From: Candidatus Thorarchaeota archaeon | Lineage (GTDB): Archaea > Asgardarchaeota > Thorarchaeia > Thorarchaeales > Thorarchaeaceae | Length of the DNA: 64,000 nucleotides | Direction of reading: 5' to 3' | NCBI GenBank assembly: GCA_038893995.1 | Contig: JAWAQK010000001.1 | Coordinates: forward strand, 1-64,000 | Shown: one piece after another, positions 58,152-64,000 of the stretch | Numbering within the stretch: position 1 is the stretch's first letter | Layout of the letters: the number at the start of each line of letters is the position of its first letter | Program-made: the position numbers and the translations under genes | The notes under the pieces: generated by a model | The model's database searches: none | What the model was told of the DNA's origin: nothing | What the model saw: the letters and a program-made list of their open reading frames with translations, nothing else

Positions 58152-58784
58152 ATGAGACATTCGAGTCGAGGACTATCCGATCTGGATGACACTGATCGAA
58201 GCATAGTTGCAATACTTCGGTCCAATGGACGTACTAGTCTGTCTCAGATAGGTAGGCGGCTTGGCCTGTCGCACGTTGCAATCAAGAACAGGATCGACAG
58301 GCTGGTCAGGAGGGGACTCCTTCGAGTATCAGCCAACCTAGGTCTGACGAAATTGGGAATGCGTGTGATGTTTATCCTATTGACTCTTGACGACCCCAAG
58401 TGTGCGGACCACCTGGCAGCAAAGTACTCTGGGTGTCCTCGTGCACTGATAGTAACTCAGCTGACAGGGAAGTATCATCTCGCAATGACTATTGTTGCAG
58501 AGGACGACAAGTGCCTCGAGTCAATCAGCATGAATCACTCCGTACTGAGAGAGCCGTGTGTGAGCAATGCCGAGCTCCATAGGGGAACAGTGGTTGCGGA
58601 GTCCCGGCATCTCCCCACGGATGTCATACAGGAAACCAACAGCAACTGCAGTACAGCATGCGAGAGATCATGTGCTGAGTGCAGCCACTATCGCTCAAGG
58701 GACTGCCCCGCGTGTCCCGGCACTGTGTGGTACAGATGCAGTGGTGCCGGTCCCTGTGTCAATGGCAGCATGAGGAAGAGTTAA
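58152..58784 (+). CDS. Lrp/AsnC-family regulator with Cys-rich C-terminal tail
   Basis: LDDTDRSIVAILRSNGRTSLSQIGRRLGLS HTH, TGKYHL, and tail C..C...CAEC...CPACP. Confidence 0.85.
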   Translation: MRHSSRGLSDLDDTDRSIVAILRSNGRTSLSQIGRRLGLSHVAIKNRIDRLVRRGLLRVSANLGLTKLGMRVMFILLTLDDPKCADHLAAKYSGCPRALIVTQLTGKYHLAMTIVAEDDKCLESISMNHSVLREPCVSNAELHRGTVVAESRHLPTDVIQETNSNCSTACERSCAECSHYRSRDCPACPGTVWYRCSGAGPCVNGSMRKS

Positions 58785-58818
58785 CTCGCCATCGTGAAGG
58801 GTTCAGCACGGTGTCTGC

Positions 58819-59409
58819 ATGACAGGCAAGTTCATACATCCTCTTGCGGTCGTCGAGGAAGGAGCTACAATAGGCGATGGGACCCGGATCTGGCACTTTG
58901 CCCATGTCAGGTCTGGAGCCCGGATTGGTGAGAACTGCAACATTGGAAAGGACGTATACATTGACGCGGGTGTGACGATAGGAAACCGTGTCAAGATACA
59001 GAACGGGGTATCAGTATACCACGGTGTGAGCATCGAGGATGATGTGTTCTGTGGGCCACACATGACCTTTACAAATGACATGTACCCCCGTGCGTTCTCG
59101 TCCAGCTGGGAAGTCGTGAAGACCCTCGTTAAGAGGGGTGCATCAATAGGGGCACATGCAACAATCGTATGCGATACAGTCCTTGGGGAGTATTGCATGG
59201 TCGGCAGCGGCGCGGTCGTGACCAGAGATGTTCCTCCCCACGCACTGGTGGTGGGCAATCCAGCCCGCATAATAGGATTTGTCTGCTTCTGCGGACAACC
59301 TCTGAGAGAGGAGGTACATCGGACTGGCGAGGAAGTAGTATTTAGATGCGGGAAGTGTCGCGAGCAGGTCACGATACCAGTGTCCGTCTACAATCAGAGA
59401 GTTGAGTAG
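58819..59409 (+). CDS. hexapeptide-repeat sugar N-acyltransferase (WbpD/WlbB-like) with C-terminal Zn ribbon
   Basis: IWHFAHV, KIQNGVSVY, FTND.YPR, VVGNPAR and CFCG...CGKC motifs. Confidence 0.9.
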   Translation: MTGKFIHPLAVVEEGATIGDGTRIWHFAHVRSGARIGENCNIGKDVYIDAGVTIGNRVKIQNGVSVYHGVSIEDDVFCGPHMTFTNDMYPRAFSSSWEVVKTLVKRGASIGAHATIVCDTVLGEYCMVGSGAVVTRDVPPHALVVGNPARIIGFVCFCGQPLREEVHRTGEEVVFRCGKCREQVTIPVSVYNQRVE

Positions 59410-59414
59410 AGTCC

Positions 59415-61499
59415 TTGGCTCATCTGTACAAGAGATTCGTTGGAGAGAAGGTCGTAGGTCTCCTTGAGAACATCAAGAACATCAGGAACTGTACAGTGAT
59501 TGCCCACATCGATCATGGAAAGACGACCCTGACAGACTCCCTCATTGCAGCGTCGGGCCTCCTATCGGACGACCTGGCTGCGTCTGTGAAGCTCCTAGAC
59601 TACGATGCCATTGAGCAACAGAGAGGCATTACTATCAAGGCATCCAGCATATCGCTGGTCCATAGGAGGAACGGACAGGACTTCCTAATACACCTGATCG
59701 ACACACCGGGCCACATAGACTTCTCATTCCACGTCACCAAGGGACTCAGGATGGCAGACGGAGCCATCGTCGTGGTTGACATAGTCGAGGGTATAATGGT
59801 ACAGACTGAGACTGTGACACGTCAGGCGGCCACTGAACTCGTCAGACCAGTGTTGTTTGTCAACAAGATAGACAGACTGATATCTGAGAAGCAATACGGA
59901 GCCCAGAGGATCGCGTCAGAGGCGGGTCGAATCGTAACAGAGTTCAACGCAATGCTAGGCAAGTATCTACCCGATGAGATCCTCAGTGAATGGGAGGTGT
60001 CATTTCGACGAGGGTCCCTGGTCATCGGTTCGGCTCTGGACAAATGGGGAATTGACATCGTTGCACTCATGCATCGGGCCGGAAACGATCGGCAGCCCAG
60101 GAAACTCGAGAGAGCACTCATGGAGATCCTTGAGGATATCGTGTCCCTATACAGAGAGGGTCAGGAGCAGGTCCTCTCGAGAAGATATCCACTGGCCAGG
60201 TGCGTCCTAGACGCAGTCGCTGATAGCGTGCCCAGTCCGGATGTTGCCCAGTCATATAGAGTCAGACACTTCTGGCGTGGCGATACTGAGTCTGACGTTG
60301 GTAGGGCCCTGCTGAGATGCGAGAGAGATACGGGCTGCATAGTGTCCGTGGGCGATGTTCAGTCAGACAGACATGCTGGGACTGTCGCAGCCGTACGCGT
60401 GATGACTGGCAGGCTCACAAGAGGTCATGAACTACGGAATCTGAGGACGGGGAAGGTGTCAAGAACCCTGCAGGTAGGGCTATTCATGTCCAAGACCAGG
60501 GTTCCTGTCGATACAGTCCCTGCGGGAAATCTCGCATTCATCACTGGCATTTCCGAAGTGGCAATTGGCGACACGCTCGTGGAGGGGGACATGCCCAAGA
60601 TCCAGCCGCTTGATGAACCTCAGTATCCAACTGAACCCGTCGTCACCTACAGTGTGGAGCCCAGGAACCTCGCGGACCTGAAGAACATACAGGAACCAAT
60701 CATGAGGATGGTCCAGTCGGACCCTTCACTCGAGTTCTATGTGAGTCCGGACTCTGGCGAAAACCTGCTCTCGGGAGCTGGCGAACTTCACATCGAGATA
60801 GTGGTGGAGAAGTTGGCCAGAGAGGGAGTGGAGATAGTCGTTGGGAAGCCGATGGTAGTACTCAAGGAGCAGATGGCCCACGATGGGGAGACCCAAGAAG
60901 CGGGAGGAGGAGATGTCAGCTGGTTCAGGGTCCGTGCCCTGCTCACACCAGAAGGACTTGAGTCACCGCCTCCCGGTACCGTATTCTCAGATGCAAGACA
61001 GGGATGCTACCTAGTGGACCAGACAGGCACCATCAACGCACAAAGTCCGGCGTTCGAGTGGGTGGTCGACGGATTCAAGACCCTGATACGTAATGGGCCT
61101 GTGTCCGGGGAGAGGATGAGACGGTTGACAATCAGGATCGAGGATGCCACGATAGTTGCAAGCACACCTGAAACATCGTGGAGGGATGTCACACAGCCAC
61201 TGATTGATGCGTCTAGGGCCAGCATCCTGAGTGGTAAGCCCATGCTGATGGAGCCATGGACAAGGCTTGAGATCAACACCCCTGGCCAATACGTCGGTGA
61301 CGTGAGTGCAATAGTAGCCCGTAGGGGAGGCAGGATAATCGATCTGACTTCGACCAGGTTCATGTTCAAGATAGAGGCCGAGATACCAGTGAGACAGTCA
61401 TTCGGATTCTCGACGGAGCTGAGGACTGCGACATCAGGATGGGCGACCTGGGGCGCGCGCTCGGGCGGATATCGACCAGTCAGCAATGATAGATCATGA
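59415..61499 (+). CDS. elongation factor 2 paralog (aEF-2p-like)
   Basis: AHIDHGKTT, RGITI, DTPGH, NKID and GELHIE motifs. There is no diphthamide HRG loop, and the gene is not in an rpsL-rpsG context. Confidence 0.85.
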   Translation: MAHLYKRFVGEKVVGLLENIKNIRNCTVIAHIDHGKTTLTDSLIAASGLLSDDLAASVKLLDYDAIEQQRGITIKASSISLVHRRNGQDFLIHLIDTPGHIDFSFHVTKGLRMADGAIVVVDIVEGIMVQTETVTRQAATELVRPVLFVNKIDRLISEKQYGAQRIASEAGRIVTEFNAMLGKYLPDEILSEWEVSFRRGSLVIGSALDKWGIDIVALMHRAGNDRQPRKLERALMEILEDIVSLYREGQEQVLSRRYPLARCVLDAVADSVPSPDVAQSYRVRHFWRGDTESDVGRALLRCERDTGCIVSVGDVQSDRHAGTVAAVRVMTGRLTRGHELRNLRTGKVSRTLQVGLFMSKTRVPVDTVPAGNLAFITGISEVAIGDTLVEGDMPKIQPLDEPQYPTEPVVTYSVEPRNLADLKNIQEPIMRMVQSDPSLEFYVSPDSGENLLSGAGELHIEIVVEKLAREGVEIVVGKPMVVLKEQMAHDGETQEAGGGDVSWFRVRALLTPEGLESPPPGTVFSDARQGCYLVDQTGTINAQSPAFEWVVDGFKTLIRNGPVSGERMRRLTIRIEDATIVASTPETSWRDVTQPLIDASRASILSGKPMLMEPWTRLEINTPGQYVGDVSAIVARRGGRIIDLTSTRFMFKIEAEIPVRQSFGFSTELRTATSGWATWGARSGGYRPVSNDRS

Positions 61500-61503
61500 G
61501 AGC

Positions 61504-63807
61504 TCAGGAACGTATGTAGGACCTACGGTTGAGGACCGAACCGAGATGGACCATCACTCTACGCTCCACCATCGCAACACCATCCATCATCCGGACTGCA
61601 CGAGAGATATTCGAGAGCACTGCATTCATGTACGGTTGTACCCTTGTCGGCTCTCCTTGAGCCATCATCCCTATGTAGGCATTGGTTATCTTTACTAGTC
61701 CTAGCCAGTCCTCGGGAAGTAGGAATGAAGACTCAAGGAACATATCATCTGATGGAATGGTTTCGGTGTGATCCACAGACACCTCGTACTGAACCTCAAG
61801 GGCACTTAGAAGTCGCGAGAGCATATTTGTGAACGACGTTGCAACTGAGAGAATGAACTCACGAGACTCTGAGATCGATGAGTCTTCTGAATGACATCTT
61901 CCGAATGACACGGCAGCTTGATGCAGCAGAGGAGCCAGTTCCTGGTGATTCCTGTTCTCGAAGAAGAGTCGGATTCCACTAGCCAGCAGGGCCTGGCCCT
62001 CCCAGTATCTTGTCAGGACGGGGTCAATATCATGTACCGAGAACTGCTCAGGACTGACGATGCCACTGACTGTTTCCGTACCAAGAGGTTGGATGTTTAT
62101 CTTTGCTGTAGCAAAGGCCGCCATCAGCCTACCTACATCTCTGAGTTCAGAGTTGCGCTCCACGAGACTGAGGGCCCTTCTCTTGAGTTGGAACCAGTCA
62201 CCGAACATCAGAGGCACAGCGAGTGATATTCCTTCAACGATCGAGGGACTGTCAGGAGGGCACAAGTCAAGGATCATCCTATCCAGATCAAGAATGACCC
62301 TGCGCAGTCGCTCAGGAATGAATAGTCTATGCCTCAGAGAGAGCCAGGCAATATCGTACAATGCGATTGCGGCCTCGACAAGAGCACGCGAGTCAGAGGG
62401 AAAGAGTCGCATGTAGCGCAGTAGAGATTCACTCAGGAGATCGTTCGCACGGTCATCAATCGTTTCGGACTCACAGATTGCCGCGAGGCCCAATCCAACC
62501 ATGGAGCTCAGTAATGCAATCTCCAGGCATTGACCCTTGTTGAGTAGAGATGTCCTCATCTCTACAGAACGCTGAAACGACTCAACTGCGGCAGACCGAA
62601 ACTCTGCAGACTCCGAGAGTAGACAGGCCCAGCCAATAGCATGCAGACAACTGGCGATCTCAGACATCATGTCGTTCTCTGGAGACTTCAGGTCGTCTGC
62701 GACTTTCTGAGCCCGGCGGAGGTAGTCGATTGCAAGTGCTGTGCCGTCATCACTTCCGGTCAGGCTGTGGGCATGGCCGAGACCTACTAGGCAGCGCAGC
62801 AATGCCATCCGCTGCTCTCTTGTCGGGTCCTCGATCGATTCATAGACTGCGAGAGCCGCGTTCAGGCGTTCTACGGCCTGGGGTATCGCCTCCCGCCACC
62901 CACCAATGAGTATCGTCGAACCTACTAGAAGATATGCTGCCGCGAGATCGCCCCTGGTCATAAGACCTGCATCCACGCTTCTCTCGTACTCCTGCAGTGC
63001 ACGGTCAGCAAGGTCACGGGCAGTCTGATAGCTCACACCTTCGTCTCGCGTCTCATTTATCGCAAGCTGGAGAGCCAGTTGAATCCGTGATGCGGGCGGG
63101 AGTTCGGAGCCCATCTCTGATTCAAGCTGTTTCAGTAGACTCCTGGAGCGATCGAAGAGTTCCAGGTCAGTAAGGACGGAGGCGAGGTCCAGGGTGAGGT
63201 CCAGCAAGAGGTCTCTGAATCCCAGCTGTCGTGATACTGAGAGTAGCCGGTCCAGGAGTGGTTCGGCACACTCTGCAAGGCCTTCATCCATCAGGGACCT
63301 GGCCAGGTAGTGCACCTCGGCCACTGCCAACTTGGTGAAGGATATCTGGTCACGGGCGATGATCGAGTCTAGCGTATGGAGTGTTTCGTCAGCCAGGAAT
63401 GCCAAGAGGGGACGTAGACCATGCCCTAAGGAGACTGACATGGACTGGCCCAGCTCACCAAGCAGGTCAATCAGAATTGGCAGAGCCTCAAGATCGGGAA
63501 GGTCCTCCGCCGCCGTACGTCTGTACTCATTGGTGAACCTGGTGTCCAGTAGAGATATCAGCTCTGACAGCTCCGATGTCTTATCAAATGAGTGACGCAC
63601 GATGAGTTCAAGGAACTTGTAGTTTGCAAGTGCCGGCCTTCTGAGAAGCACTTCCTCGAGGGCTCGTGCCAACTCATGACCCAGTTCATGAGAGTCGGGG
63701 GAGAAACGTGAGATTCCTTGAAGTGCAGCGAGACCATCGTCGAGGGAGACAGATGCACACAGTAGGTCCCTCAAGATTGTCCGAATCCTTGGATCCAAAC
63801 AGTTCAC
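61504..63807 (-). CDS. large alpha-helical (TPR/solenoid-like) hypothetical protein
   Basis: 767 aa, Leu/Ala-rich, with TPR-like units such as AVERLNAALAVY, AIDYLRRA and AVESFQRSVEM. Confidence 0.7.
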   Translation of the reverse strand: MNCLDPRIRTILRDLLCASVSLDDGLAALQGISRFSPDSHELGHELARALEEVLLRRPALANYKFLELIVRHSFDKTSELSELISLLDTRFTNEYRRTAAEDLPDLEALPILIDLLGELGQSMSVSLGHGLRPLLAFLADETLHTLDSIIARDQISFTKLAVAEVHYLARSLMDEGLAECAEPLLDRLLSVSRQLGFRDLLLDLTLDLASVLTDLELFDRSRSLLKQLESEMGSELPPASRIQLALQLAINETRDEGVSYQTARDLADRALQEYERSVDAGLMTRGDLAAAYLLVGSTILIGGWREAIPQAVERLNAALAVYESIEDPTREQRMALLRCLVGLGHAHSLTGSDDGTALAIDYLRRAQKVADDLKSPENDMMSEIASCLHAIGWACLLSESAEFRSAAVESFQRSVEMRTSLLNKGQCLEIALLSSMVGLGLAAICESETIDDRANDLLSESLLRYMRLFPSDSRALVEAAIALYDIAWLSLRHRLFIPERLRRVILDLDRMILDLCPPDSPSIVEGISLAVPLMFGDWFQLKRRALSLVERNSELRDVGRLMAAFATAKINIQPLGTETVSGIVSPEQFSVHDIDPVLTRYWEGQALLASGIRLFFENRNHQELAPLLHQAAVSFGRCHSEDSSISESREFILSVATSFTNMLSRLLSALEVQYEVSVDHTETIPSDDMFLESSFLLPEDWLGLVKITNAYIGMMAQGEPTRVQPYMNAVLSNISRAVRMMDGVAMVERRVMVHLGSVLNRRSYIRS

Positions 63808-63854
63808 CCGCGATGCGGGTTGACTATTTCATTGGACTGTTAAAGACTTCCGTA

Positions 63855-64000
63855 TCAGCTGAGTCTGAACTCGACCCACGCGCGCTTGGTCTCAGTCCCT
63901 CTCATTCTCTCCATCCGCACGAAGAACTTGGGAGTATCGCTAGTATCATCCACCCTGAATCTCAGGACCGCATCTGCGGAGTACGCGAAGCTGGCATACG
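63855..64000 (-). CDS. 3' end of a RecA/KaiC-superfamily ATPase-like gene (partial)
   Basis: Manual translation YASFAYSADAVLRFRVDD...FFVRMERMRGT...WVEFRLS* resembles the KaiC-like D.V..L...R..K.RGT C-terminus. Confidence 0.55.
   Translation of the reverse strand, partial: YASFAYSADAVLRFRVDDTSDTPKFFVRMERMRGTETKRAWVEFRLS

Noticed and set aside
1-64000. CRISPR arrays, tRNA/rRNA genes, transposases, integrases, selenoprotein read-through
   Set aside because: By eye I found no regularly spaced repeats, cloverleaf/T-loop signatures, mobile-element motifs or in-frame TGA at catalytic Cys positions. A tRNAscan/Infernal run would be needed to exclude RNA genes formally.

Overview
This is a gene-dense archaeal window (proteasome alpha subunit, TFB, archaeal EF-2 family, DTD2, ADP-forming acetyl-CoA synthetase). 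It is most likely from an Asgard archaeon, possibly Thorarchaeia. That assignment is an inference from a Rab-like small-GTPase derivative, a eukaryote-type CIA2/FAM96 protein and a stand-alone EF-2 paralog. Recognisable blocks are a polyol kinase/dehydrogenase pair, a beta-oxidation/acyl-CoA cluster, a sulfur/Fe-S cluster (LarE, TusA, DsrE, IscS-like, IscU fusion), a LipS1/LipS2/lipoate-ligase cluster, and class III RNR with a redoxin and ThyA. I saw no rRNA, tRNA, CRISPR array or transposase. The most unusual items are: (i) a Rab-like pseudo-GTPase followed by a disordered protein with a Pro9 tract; (ii) a 1306-aa TrmB whose two domains are separated by about 1050 aa of 11-residue-periodic helix, within a run of uncharacterised coiled-coil genes; (iii) a probable ~200-nt pseudoknotted non-coding RNA next to a CdrS-like gene; (iv) an IscS lacking the PLP lysine, paired with an IscU fused to a degenerate thioredoxin-reductase domain; (v) a tandem beta-carbonic-anhydrase-like protein with one dead half; and (vi) a membrane-anchored HEPN-like protein. 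All family calls come from motif recognition by eye, with no database searches run. Several start codons were moved from the ORF track to more plausible positions.
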